The notes under the pieces: generated by a model
Told to the model about the DNA's origin: nothing
What the model saw: the letters and a program-made list of their open reading frames with translations, nothing else
Database searches by the model: none
Source: Owenia fusiformis
Taxonomy: Eukaryota
Length of the DNA stretch: 64,000 bases
Direction: 5' to 3'
Assembly: GCA_903813345.2 (NCBI GenBank)
Contig: CAIIXF020000001.1
Location: 22,506,001 to 22,570,000 of the forward strand
Shown here: positions 35,159 to 47,400 of the stretch, in pieces
Numbering within the stretch: position 1 is the stretch's first letter
How the letters are laid out: the number at the start of each line of letters is the position of its first letter
Translations under genes and position numbers: made by a program

Positions 35159-36331
35159 ATGAAACGTTGGAAGACAGTCACGGCGCCAAAGAACTCCGAC
35201 ACCATCAACATATTCCTGGGAGGAAATGTCATGATCGGACGCGGGATCGATCAAATATTCCCTGAATCTTCCGATCCGTACATATTTGAAAAGAATACAC
35301 AAGATGCCAGAGACTATGTGAAACTAGCGATTAAGAAAAATGGAAAATTCTATCTGGAGCACGAAAAGCAAGCGATTGAGTACATCTGGGGATACGCAAT
35401 GAAAACATGGGAAAAGTACAAACCAGATGTTAAACTAATCAACTTGGAGACAACACTAACGACAAGTGACACTATGTGGCCGATGAGACCAACGCAGTTA
35501 AGAGCGCACCCAACAAATGTCAAATCTCTGAAAATTGCGGGGATTGACTGCTGTGGAATAGCGAACGACCATGCTTTAGATTATGGCTATCAGGGTTTAG
35601 ATGAGACTGTCAAGGTACTCAAAGAAGCAGGAATAAAATACACGGGAGCTGGTCGTTGCACAACAGAAGCAAAAGAACCTTGTATATTTGACATAGCAGA
35701 TAAGGGTCGAGTTATTATATTTTCTTTATGTACACACTCTAGTGGTGTACCAAACTATTGGGCAGCTACTACTAGTGGCACCACTGGTTTTGGAGTTAAC
35801 ACTATCAATATTGACATCAACACGACTGACTTCATTAATCTCAAAACACAAATTAAAGAAGTGAAGAAACCCAGGGATGTGATCATTTTGTCTCTTCATT
35901 GGGGAGAAGAATGGAACGCGCAAATTCACCAATCCCTAAGGGAATTTGCACACAGGGCAATAGACGAGGCCGAGGTTGATGCTATTCACGGTCACAGCAC
36001 TCATTTTCCACTAGGGATAGAGGTTTACAGAGAAAAACTGATCCTCTATGGGACCGGGGACCTGATTAATGACACAGAAGGAATGCCGGGTAAATACGAG
36101 GACAGCCAATGTGATTTAGGATTCATGTACTTTGCCAAAGTGAACCTCGACACTGGAAATCTGATCGAGTTGAGGTTGGTTCCATTTAGGATCAAACAAT
36201 TCAGATTGTGTACCCCGAACCCCAGAGATGTTAATCTAGCTGTGAACCCACTTAGAAGGAGATGTAAAGAGTTTGACACTGATGTTATACCAGCCATGGA
36301 TGGGCATGGTTTCTGGTTAGCCTTTAAATAA
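35159..36331 (+). CDS. capA: CapA / PGA_cap family (poly-gamma-glutamate capsule synthesis protein-like) calcineurin-like metallophosphatase, 390 aa, intronless
   Basis: Motifs G(N)VMIGRGIDQI, INLET, ANDHALDYG..GL..T...L..AGI..TGAG, LSLHWG, DAIHGHSTH, IEVY..KLILYGTGD in PGA_cap order. Uninterrupted ORF. An in-frame TGA at 35141 supports ATG 35159 as the start. Confidence 0.93.
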   Translation: MKRWKTVTAPKNSDTINIFLGGNVMIGRGIDQIFPESSDPYIFEKNTQDARDYVKLAIKKNGKFYLEHEKQAIEYIWGYAMKTWEKYKPDVKLINLETTLTTSDTMWPMRPTQLRAHPTNVKSLKIAGIDCCGIANDHALDYGYQGLDETVKVLKEAGIKYTGAGRCTTEAKEPCIFDIADKGRVIIFSLCTHSSGVPNYWAATTSGTTGFGVNTINIDINTTDFINLKTQIKEVKKPRDVIILSLHWGEEWNAQIHQSLREFAHRAIDEAEVDAIHGHSTHFPLGIEVYREKLILYGTGDLINDTEGMPGKYEDSQCDLGFMYFAKVNLDTGNLIELRLVPFRIKQFRLCTPNPRDVNLAVNPLRRRCKEFDTDVIPAMDGHGFWLAFK

Positions 36332-36644
36332 CAAAAAGGTCAATACATCTACTAGTGTAGGAATCCTGTATTGACCTGTTTATTACTTAAAGGCTAACCA
36401 GAAACTTCAAGAAGACGTATTTTTGCAAAAAATGAACGTCTTCTTGAAGTTTTCAAAAATATTTTGAAACATTTTAACTTAAAAAAATCATTAAAAAACA
36501 ATGTATTTTACTTTCAAGAAAAATGAGCCCAAATCGTACGAAACTTTCAAATTACTCGTTGGTTGTTTTGCCGATGGACAATTTTGACATTTTGATCAAT
36601 TTTGATTCGCAACATGCTACTCGGACTCTCCGAACATCAGCAAC

Positions 36645-37082
36645 ATGGTCACGGCGCGGTATCCAAACTGCGTGCATACTATGCACGCTGTTTGAAACAC
36701 TGACAAACTGCGCGCATATCAACATTGCATCATACAAGTTGGAGGCTGTGTTTTCAAATGTCATTTTAAGACATTTATTCTGCATTGTTTTAGAGTGTCA
36801 TACGTCCATTCGGTGGCGATTACTTGATTCTACCATGTAATAGCGAAAGTTATGTCAAGATGAATGTAGGAAAAATCTGAGTGTTGCTTGTAAAATTAGT
36901 CTATCTCCACATTATGGTAGGCCTACTGTCTGATAAAAAAAACTAACCTTGTATTTCCAGTACTTTTCATCCTTTTTGGGAATCGTGTCCTCCTCGTCTG
37001 CCATTTTTAAATAGGCGCGCAGTTTGTCAGTGTTTCAAACAGCGTGCATATTACGCACGCAGTTTGGATATCGCACCGTGAT
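36645..37082. mobile_element. MITE-like element with ~70-bp inverted repeats
   Basis: 36649-36716 (TCACGGCGCGGTATCCAAACTGCGTGC...CAAACTGCGCGC) is the inverse of 37015-37081. Confidence 0.6.
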
Positions 37083-37352
37083 GGTTAGGTTGCGATTTTC
37101 TATTCGATGAAAGTGCAGTTTAAAGTATAATTACTGTAAGGAATAAATGTGACAATAGATGTGGATATCCATACTCACACAACAATGCGTGAACAAGACA
37201 ATATTTCAGAACCATTTTGAAGGTTAAAAATGCAACATGTGTTACAGACGCCGAATCCCAAAATGCACCAAAATGCCAACTCTTAATAACTTGATAAGAC
37301 AACTTAAACAAATCTTCATAACTCTGTTATCCAGTATGTGTTTGGAATCATA

Positions 37353-38418
37353 CGAGGGTTGTCCCATGAGTCTTGAAATTTTTATTCTAATTCATAGAAT
37401 ATTTGAGATACAATGATAAAAATTTAGATTTATTTCTACTATCTCTGTAAGTTTCATAGCATAATAAGATCATTTGGCAATGTTACAGATGATTTAAAAT
37501 GTAATGTTGGGGGTACCCGGGGCAAAAAACAGGATTTAAAATACAAATATGACGTAAAAATTAAGGATTTGGGAACCCCTGGCTCAGCTCAACACGTTGC
37601 CTTTTCTGCTCCTCTGTCAAAATATGTGGAACGAATCTAGAGGCTACCTTTGACATCCCAAGGTCTTTCTTCATCACTATGTGAGCAGTACTCTTACTAA
37701 TATCAAAGTCTAGAGCGATCTTCCTACACTGAGTATAGTTCTCCTTTCTGCACTTATAAGTGTACTCTGCAATATGTGGTATGAGATCGTCACTGGATTT
37801 TGATCTTCCTCTTCTAGGACTGATCATCCTCCAGGCTGGTATCTGTAGTTTTTAACTTCTTCTGCCACCTCCATATTGGAGGTGCACTCGGAGTATACTA
37901 GTACTGTCTATATACTTTTTCCATGGCTGTTCTTGTTTGTGTAGGTGTATGCCCTTAAGAGACGTGGTATTGCACAACTGCACACAAAGATTTAACATCT
38001 GGTGACAAAATCCCTGCCATTTTGATTTTCAAAATGCTGTGGCTTTGTACCAAATTTGAGCAATTGTGCTAGTTTATTATGACATCACAGAGGTATTTCA
38101 TAAGATTTTACCAAGAATACAGTGTTTTTGTCAATCTTGACAGGTAATTCACAATTTAAGATGCATACCATCCTTTAAAATTCTTAATACTCCCATGGCT
38201 GCATTTTACATTTTTACTATATTTCATTACTGCCCCACCCCCTGACTCCCCCGGTTACCATAGCAACCATAATAGTTACTCGAGTTCATAATTTTGTTAT
38301 GAAACTATCACATGTTGAAGGTAATTGATTAATCTTGATACATACCAATTTTCAGCCAAATACATTAAAATCTTTTTGAATTAGAATAAAAATTTCAAGA
38401 CTTATGGGACAACCCTCG
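37353..38418 (-). mobile_element. Internally deleted mariner element (N-terminal HTH relic)
   Basis: TA|CGAGGGTTGTCCCATGAGTCTTGAAATTTTTATTCTAAT...ATTAGAATAAAAATTTCAAGACTTATGGGACAACCCTCG|TA. ORF 37561-37827 contains RRGRS..., KIALDFDISKSTAHIVMKKDLGMSKVASRFVPHILTEEQKRQRV (WVPHEL-type motif). Confidence 0.92.
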
Positions 38419-39879
38419 TATTTGACACATTTGCATCTTGTTCAGTGTTCTTCCATTGAAACAGGTTTCATTTGTCTATTCCAAATGGTCACCATTTTTG
38501 GCAATTCACAAAACATGCTTAAAATGTCGGTCTTGTATTTGGAGGTAAACTTAAACGCACCGGACGTTTTCTGACTATACGCTCTCAGATATCTTATGTA
38601 TCTTATGTAATGGCTCCCATTTCCCTCCATATCTCTTGTTTCAACTCTCTGGTGCTTCTGCAGTTGTTAATATACACATTTTCTACGAAATAGCCCTAAA
38701 GATAAATTCCGGGTGTTCATATTGGGTGATATTGATATGTTTTGGCATTTGGAGCATGTTTTGTGAAATTACGATAAAATCGTGACTATTGGAAATAGAC
38801 CAATGAAACTTTATAAAATGAGAGAATATAAAAAAAGTTCAATTGTACCAAATATGACTTAATAAGAGAGAATCAGAGATAGCGAGCAGGCTAAACAAAA
38901 AATTGTTCCAATTTTAGAATATTTTTGGTTCATCTTTTTGGCTCGCGTCCTTCCTTGTCATGTTTATTTTCTAAAAATCACAAAAGTACATACTTTATTA
39001 CAGGAAAACTAAAGATTTTTACAATAATAATTTTCTATAAGAATGGTTACCATTCTTATTATTTGGGAGAATTTAAACATTTTTCACCCACTTTTGCACT
39101 TTGAATCATTAATAATTACTTCACCAATTTATTACATATTGTGAATCTTTTTGGAGATATTGTATTTGACATTGTAAGGAATGGATTGGTAGGTCAATAA
39201 GACAAGTTGCTTGTAATTTTGTCACCCCCTATAGATCTGATTCTGCCTTTAAATCCCCTTACTGGATAATTAAGTGATTAAGATATGTTTGGGTTACCTT
39301 TTTTGGCTCATCCTGTAGTTTGAAGTATTTGTCATGCATCATGCCCTTCATCTTCCGGATATCGTCGATGTGCAAGATGAACAAACTCACACCGGCCTTA
39401 TAAATTATACATTTGTTACTGGGAACTATCAGAGTTTTTAGTTAATAAATCCACCAGAAGCTTATCAGGCTATGGGTGTTTATTTGACAAAATATTTTAC
39501 TTAAAATTACCATTTGTATTCGTTCAACTTCGCTTCTTAAAAGAGAGCCTCGTCTTCATGTAGTTTCATTATCTGTAAAGAAAAACAACAAAATTTTGGC
39601 TTGAAATATAAATTGACATTGCACTTCCAATACCTTCGATTTTTCTAATCTTTTTTCAAGGTCGGAAATTGATGACAAATCTGAAGAATTTATGAAAATA
39701 GTCGTTCCCACGTAAAACAATGGGAAATGGTTCTCGCAAAAATACAAGTAAAGTAGACAACTGAATTTACTAATTTTATTTTAGGGAAAATTGATATTTT
39801 TCTTCAGGTTCAACAAAGTTATTGGTGTCCAAAGTCAAAATTATTTATCAAGAAACCTGTGGAGGTTTAGGAAATAAAG

Positions 39880-40610
39880 TTTTTTTTTTATTTTATTTAT
39901 TTATATATTTCTACAAAGAATACATTAAACAAGTGCACATGTGCTTGTGGCTGGGCATCAGCATTATCAGCCACGTTATATGATAAAAACTCAATTAACA
40001 GAATTCAATCAGACATTAAAAAGGGGTTGTATTTGTGGAGGGTTACAGTGATGGGGATGACCTAGACATTTTTACATCGTTCAAAAAAGATGGCACTACA
40101 TTTGAGGATATTTAAGTTTACAGCTTTAGGTAGTCTTTTATCACCATTTAGGGTAAGGGAGAGTTTGTCTCGTTGTGATCTGTATTTAGAAGAATATTCT
40201 ATGTTCATATATTTTAATTCATTTTCAAATTCTGCCCAAAATGTTGATCTTAGATTGCAGTGGAAAATTACGTGATTGGTTGTTTCACCATCCATTCCAC
40301 ACTGGCAAATAGGGGAGTTTACATTAGTGAAATTATGAGCATAGAGGTGAGCCTTAAAAATGAGATCACATCGCACTCTATTGAAAATTATTTCTTGTTT
40401 TCTTGAAACGGAGAGTTCTGATGAATTTGTAACATCGTCATTGAATAGAACTATTTTAAGTCTGGATTTGAATATACTAAGGGTAGGTGAATTTCTTATT
40501 TCAGGTGAGAGCTTATTCCATTCAGTAAGTGTTTTTGATATGCAAGATCTATTAGAAAATGAGGATTTATTTGGAATTGTGTAGCTCAGTTGATTTCTTA
40601 GACCATAAAT
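39880..40610 (-). mobile_element. 5'-truncated LINE (CR1/L2-group 3' end)
   Basis: Minus frame EWNKLSPEIRNSPTLSIFKSRLK...CQCGMDGETTNHVIFHC; A-rich tail (forward TTTTTTTTTATTTTATTT at ~39880-39900). Confidence 0.8.
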
Positions 40611-40705
40611 AAATAAAGTTAGTTCACTTACATCTCCACCTTTTATCACAAGTATTTCCAATGCAAATTATTCATATAAAAATTAAAACAATGTTTAGAA
40701 AAATG

Positions 40706-40880
40706 CAGGCCCGTTGACAGGGGGGGGGGGGTCGATTGGTTCGAACGAACCCCCCCCCCCTGGCCAAAAATTCTTTATGCAGTTTTCACCATTCTGAGCA
40801 CTTTTTAAGTGATTTTGGCCATATTTGGAAAAAAAATTGTCAAAAGTGAATCCCCTTGGCAAATCCTGGCTATGGGCCTG
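40706..40880. mobile_element. Short hAT-like MITE with G/C tracts
   Basis: CAGGCCCGT...ATGGGCCTG inverted ends. Confidence 0.5.
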
Positions 40881-41375
40881 ATATGTGTTAGCAAGATTCA
40901 GAAATTTGATTTTCGCTGAATGTAGAATGTAGTCACAAAATATTTTGGGTCAAGTGTCAATGTCAAATTACAATGCATAATAAAACTTTGCTTCTTGACG
41001 TTTCAACTTATCTTGAAGTAGAAACGTAATTTTTTTATTGATACTTTAAAAGATTTATATGTCGTGTGTGCGTTTTGAAGTCAGTTTAACTTTTGCCCCA
41101 CTTCTCAAGTGGTATCGTCATCATACTTTATTGATCATTTGATTGGTTGGTCAATAGTCGCACATGCCCAAATATGGTTCGAGTATCGTGTGTCTGGGCC
41201 TCAGAATGCGCTAAGAGCGTCGGTGCGGGTTTATGAAGTCAAACGCATTCCGGCAATCAATGAACAAAGTATCTTAAGAAAACAATTTAGTGTAAATTAC
41301 AAACTGGACAAAAGTAAAATAATCGAACCTATCTAATATACGCTCTCGAATAGCCTAATAGGAACAATATCAAAA

Positions 41376-41565
41376 ATGGGGAACAGTTTGAATCAATGGA
41401 GAGCCACTATCGGAAAGTTTGAAGGCGGCAAGCCCAGACATATTTTGATATGTACTAAAGGCTCGGAAAGGTCAGAACATACTAGCACCGTGTTAGTCAT
41501 CCTCATGATGCTGTTGGTCATCGGCGGAATTGAGATGAATCCTGGACCAAATCCATCGAAGTCAG
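41376..41565 (+). CDS. Putative first coding exon ending in a 2A-like (StopGo) peptide; downstream exons not identified
   Basis: MGNSLNQWRATIGKF...TVLVILMMLLVIGGIEMNPG|PNPSKS, then a canonical donor TCAG|GTATGT at 41565/41566. CpG-rich region with an ATTGG (CCAAT) box at 41140-41260 upstream. Confidence 0.6.
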
Positions 41566-41810
41566 GTATGTTGACATTTTCATCTCATGCAACGCGCAAA
41601 GGTAACACTGGAAGATCACATCATAGCCATAGCATAGTACATGTATTTTTATTTGAATAAAGAAACTTATATAAATGTATTAATAGAAGATACCGCAGTA
41701 AAAATTCTAAATGTAAGTGAACTGTGAATTGTTCAATAACATAAGTTTCGCTGTAAAGCCTGAACGTCAGAAAGCAGATTGATCCAATAAAATGTCCCCT
41801 CTCCCTCTTT

Positions 41811-44492
41811 ACACCCCAGTCACATTTGTCGCACGGCGGCCGCAAGTCGACCGCAGATCAATTAAATCGGTGAATTTCTGCGGTGAGCGTAGAAAAACTA
41901 CGCTCGCCTTGCGGCCTCCGTACGGCGTATGCAGATTTTTACAGGCCGCAGGGAAGGCGTAGAAATTATAACTCGGAGTTATAATTTTTGTTCATTTCTG
42001 AGGTCGCCGTAGAAATCAACCGGCTCAACAAGATTAAATCATTATTTGTCAATGTTTCACGATCACTTCTCATTTGATATTACATCCTAGCACTATGAAT
42101 AACATTTATAAGTTGTCCCGATGTAAATAAAATGAAAAAAGTATTATTTATCAACAGAAATTTAAAATTCACCGTGCGGCTGCCGTGGGAAATGTGACTG
42201 CAAAAGTATGAGAGCGCAGAAATTCCAAGGCGAGCATAGAAATGTTACTGGCCGCAGAAATGATAGACCGCAAGGTCGCCGTAGGAAATGTGACTGGGTT
42301 GTTAGGTATATCTAAATTATTACTGACTATTATATTGATCCTAATAGATTTAATAATATATAATACCATTGGAATAAATATTCTGTTTCCAACACAAAGA
42401 TAATAAGCAAATATTTCATTCTATGGAGTGCAATACTTAAGTTCATCTTTCAATGATTTTTGCAGTATGTATTGCCCGCAGCCCGTAGGGCGAGGGAACA
42501 TAGAATGAAATATTTGTTTTATTATATCATTGCTAGACATTCTTTAAGATCACTTTGCATTTCAAAGAAATATAGAATATTTGTTTAATTAACCCGTAAA
42601 CATATACCTTAATCAATAAATATGTCATAAACCTATCAGTTAACATAATTATGTACAATTATCATTGTATCGTACACTTTTATTATACGTTTTTATAATC
42701 CAATAATTGAGGGAGCTGTGAAATAAGCTTTGGAATTTTTGATCTCATGGTACCAAATCAGCCAATCAGAGCACACGATTTCTAGCAATGATATAATAAT
42801 ACTATTAATTACACTGGCGCTAACACCCCAGTCACATTTGTCGTACGGAGGCCGTGCGTCGACCGCAGATCAATTACAGTAAATCAGTGTTTTTCTGCGG
42901 CGAGCGTAGGAAAACTACGCTCGCCTTGCGGCCTCCGTACGGCGTATCCATTTTTTTACAGGCCGCAGGGTCGCCGTAGAAATGATAACTTTGAGTTATA
43001 ATATTTGTTCATTTCTGAGGTCCCCGTAGAAATCAACTGGCTCAACAAGATTGAATCATTGTTTCACGATCACTTTTCATTTGATATTACATCCTAGCAC
43101 TATGAATAACATTTATAAATTGTCCCGATGTAAATAAAATGAAAAAAGTATTATTTATCAACAGAAATTTAAAATTCACCGTGCCGTACCGCTGCCGTGG
43201 GAAATGTGACTGCAAAAGTATTAGAGCGCAGAAATTCCACGGCGAGCGTAGAAATGTTACTGGCCGCAGAAATGATAGACCGCAAGGTCGTCGCCGTAGG
43301 AAATGTGACTGAAGTGTAACACCCCTGTCACATTTGTCGTACGGAGGCCGTGCGTCGACCGCAGATCAATTAAATCAGTGTATTTTCAGCGTAGGAAAAC
43401 TACGCTCGCCTTGCGGCCTCCGTACGGCGTAGCCTATCCAGTTCTTTACAGGCCGCAGGGTCGCCGTAGAAATTATAACTCGGAGTTGTTCATTTCTGAG
43501 GTCCCCGTAGAAATCAACTGGCTCAACAAGATGGAATCATTATTTGTCAATGTTTCACGATCACTTTTCATTTGATATTACATCCTAGCACTATGAATAA
43601 CATTTATAAATTGTCCGATGTAAATAAAATGAAAAAAGTATTATTTACACCCCAGTAACATTTGTCGCACGGCAGTCGCAAGTCGGCCGCAGATCAATTA
43701 AATCGGTGAATTTCTGCGGCGAGTGTAGAAAAACTACGCTCGCCCTGCGGCCTCAGTACGGCGTATCCAGATTTTTACAGGCCGCAGGGCCGCCGTAGAA
43801 ATTATAACTCGGAGTTATAATATTTGTTCATTTCTGAGGTCTCCGTAGAAATCAACTTGCTCAACAAGATTGAATCATTATTTGTCAATGTTTCACGATC
43901 ACTTTTCATTTGATATTACATCCTAGCACTATGAATAACATTTAAAAATTGTCCTGATGTAAATAAAATGAAAAAAAAGTATTATTCATCAACAGAAATT
44001 TAAAAATCACCGTGCGGCTGCCGTGGGAATTGTGACTGCAAAAGTATGAGAGCCCAGAAATTCTGCGGCGAGCGTAGAAAAGCAACTGGCCGCAGAAATG
44101 ATAGACTGCACGGCGGCCGCAGGAAATGTGACTGGGGTGTAACACCCCAGTCGCATTTGTCGTACGGAGGCCTTGCGTCGACCGCAGATCAATTAAATCA
44201 GTGTATTTCTGCGGCGAGCGTAGGAAAACTACGCTCGCCTTGCGGCCTCCGTACGGCGTATCCAGTTTCTTACAGGCCGCAGGGTCGCCGTAGAAATTAT
44301 AACTCGAAGTTATAATATTTGTCCATTTCTGAGGTCCTCGTAGAAATCAACTGGCTCAACAAGATTAAATCATTATTTGTTAATGTTTCACGATCACTTT
44401 TCATTTCAAATTACATCCTAGCACTATGAATAACATTTATAAATTGTCCTGATGTAAATAAAATGAAAAAAAAGTATTGTTTATCAACAGAA
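41811..44492. repeat. Head-to-tail array of a ~490-bp PIF/Harbinger-like MITE (left part)
   Basis: Units begin (A)CACCCCAGTCACATTT and end AAATGTGACTGGGGTG(T); junctions read GGGTG-TAA-CACCCC. Copies start at ~41811, 42823, 43319, 43647 and 44142. Confidence 0.85.
42355..42800. mobile_element. Crypton-like non-autonomous element
   Basis: AT-rich ends, internal TTATATCATTGCTAGA (~42522) inverted at the end as TCTAGCAATGATATAA (~42781-42796), and a GCCC..GGGCGAGGG hairpin. Confidence 0.45.
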
Positions 44493-47400
44493 AGGAGGAG
44501 GGAAGTTAGCGCAACAGATTTTGGACAGTCATATGTTTGATTTTGGCCATTTCCTGGGGATTAAACAGGTGCAAATGTTATAGACCTCTGCAAAAGGTCT
44601 CTCTGTAAAATGTGGTAGGCGTTTAGTGTTAAAAGTGTTCTGACAAGTGTTTCTTATGTAACTTTTTATGCTGAATCCAAAAGACCATGTTGGCAAGCTG
44701 AAATATGATTATTTAACCCTTAAAATACCATGTTAGTCCCCCCACCCCCAAAATTCACCCCTATCAGGGGGAAAAAATTCTCCAACCTAAAATAACTTTG
44801 ATTTTATGGTTTTTGTAAGTGAAATACATGGACATTGTATAAAATAAACATTTGAAGTATGAATGATACAGATTACCCTTAAGAAATTTGAATAAAAGCA
44901 AAAAGTATGTACCCCAGGGGGCAAATTTATGACCCATTTTTTTACTTTTTGTATCATAACTTTTTTATTAGACAATGATGGATGTTAAAAAAAATCATGT
45001 AAAAGGCTCAATACCTGGTCTACTAATGCTGCAAGAATCAAAGTAATACCTTTGATAATTGCCTTGAAAAAAATTAGTGAATTTAAGAAAAAATGACATT
45101 TTAGCTGGGACTGATTTTATGTGTGACTATAACTGACCCCTATTGCTTTAACATTTATCCCTCTGTGTTCATATATTTGGCATTTTAGAATAAATATAAA
45201 ATATAAAACTTATTTTAGCTAATTTTTAGGAAGATTTAAGCTTTTTAGCATGTTCAAATATTAAAAATTCATGAAATATGATGTCTAAAATTGATAAGTC
45301 ATAGGTATACTCTTGGAAGACCCCTATAATTTCTTATTTATGAACATATCTGTACCAATATTAGTTTTCTAGCTTAGAGAAACGATGTATGATATATCCT
45401 GGCTTGGCTTTCTGGTGGTTTGAACAATCTTTTAAGTGTTATTATTGAAAATTCATTCTTAAATCATAGGTCTGCAATCGATTAAATTCAAGTATACCAT
45501 TAGTATCATTTTACTGGTATGAGCATAATTGAACTAGCTATGATTTCATAGATTATTTGTTTGATGTATGACATATTCCGAGCTGACTTTCTGGTGATTT
45601 TAACCATCTAAGAGGCTTAATCATTGAAAACCATTACAAATAAAGGCTTAAACGGACAGTATTAAGGTACACTATTAGAATACCCTTATTATTTCCAGAC
45701 TTAGAGTTTATTGGTACCTACTACTGTTTCATAGCTCGGAGGTTTAATATATGATATATTCTGGCTAGTTTTTCTGCAGATTTGGACCACCTAACAGGTC
45801 TAATCATTGAATATACTTAATATACTAGGTCTAAAATTGAAGTATTCAATAGAACCCTCTATGGAAAAATTCAAAAAAGATTCAGAATGACATTAACCTC
45901 AACATTAGATCTGAATAATGATTAAAATCCTTCATAGAGCTGAACAAGGAAGACAAGGCTAATTTCATTCTAAGCAGCCTGACAATTGCATGACGTGAGA
46001 GCAAAAGTACCAATAATTCATACAAATCTTCATTTTATGGAGTTTTCTCCCCTGAACATTGTTTAGTCATATTAAAAAATCCCCCCCCCCGGTCCCCATT
46101 AAACATTCTGTATTACTCTTGGAGTTAAGGCAGAAATTCTTGACAAATGGCATATACTCACTATGACAACATTTTGAATTAGTGGGATGTTTCAGTTAAT
46201 GAGAGTTTTTGCAGAGTAGCAATTTTTTGCAATTTAAATCCATTAGGACCTTATATGGGTAATTAAAAAAAGATTCAGAATGACATTAACCACAACATTG
46301 GATCTGGAAATCAAATAAAGCAACTGATTGATGTGATCTCGGATGCCTCTTGTAAATCAGAATTACAATCCTTCATAGAGCTGAACAAGGAAGACAAGGA
46401 TTACTTTTCATTCTGGTAGTAATACATGGACATGGTCCAAATCTTGCTACGCTTCACCATAGCCTAAAGAAAGGGAAATTGGGAGCTTCATCCCAATATA
46501 TTTCAATGCATGATTCCCCTTTTCATGAGATATGACCACCAAAAGTATGCAAGATGGGGCACAGTTCACTTCACTGCTGAAGTTTTGCTTCCTTGAAGAC
46601 TGTCGCCAAATCCTCAGATGTAGATGCAATTGATGCTAATTTGTAAGAAGGATCATATATCGGAAATATTGCGGTTGGCATTTCAATACCATTTGTTAAA
46701 CAGTTAAACAGAAGAGTACATTTGAGTTGGCTTGAATATTTCATTCGTCAATGAGAGGGCTATTGGAAAAGACATCAGCTCATGTCTCATGATTTCATTG
46801 ATGCCCACAGGTCTGTGGTTAGCTTCATATGCAGTGATAAGATTCCGCAAAACATTCCTGTCTGCCCTAACAACTTTCTGCTCGTTTATATTGGGATTAG
46901 GCATATGTTTAAAAAATTTTGGTGCTTGCTCAGTAGATCAAGAAATGTTGTGTCTTTCATTTGACTCTGTTGGTATCAACCTCTAAGACGCAAAGACATC
47001 CAGTTGTTGTTGGCCAAACTGTTGAGCGCCTATGATTGTTTCTGTGAGTACATCTTTTGTACATACATAGATATAGGATTTTATTAGTACTGATGCCCTT
47101 TTAGGGCCAAACGTACATCCGATATACAATTTTCAATAACAGTAAATATAGCAATAAAGTAAAGAAAATAGGATTACATTCTTCAAATGACATATATAAA
47201 ATGTTACTTTGATATAAGAATCCTGTCTCTACCAATCATTAGATACTTTATCATGTCAGCAGCTTCTTTTAATATGATCCCCTCACTCGTCAATAGAAAA
47301 ATTGTCTTTTCGTGATCATTCATGTTTTTAAAATTACTACACAGGTTTTCAAGTTTTTCAATATGGGATTTTCTGATAAACTCCAATTTTTTACATTTGA

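Noticed and set aside
35159-36331. Bacterial contamination or a capBCA operon
   Set aside because: No capB/capC or other bacterial ORFs nearby; the flanks are AT-rich animal DNA with mariner/MITEs and a spliced neighbouring gene. Read-level confirmation is still needed.
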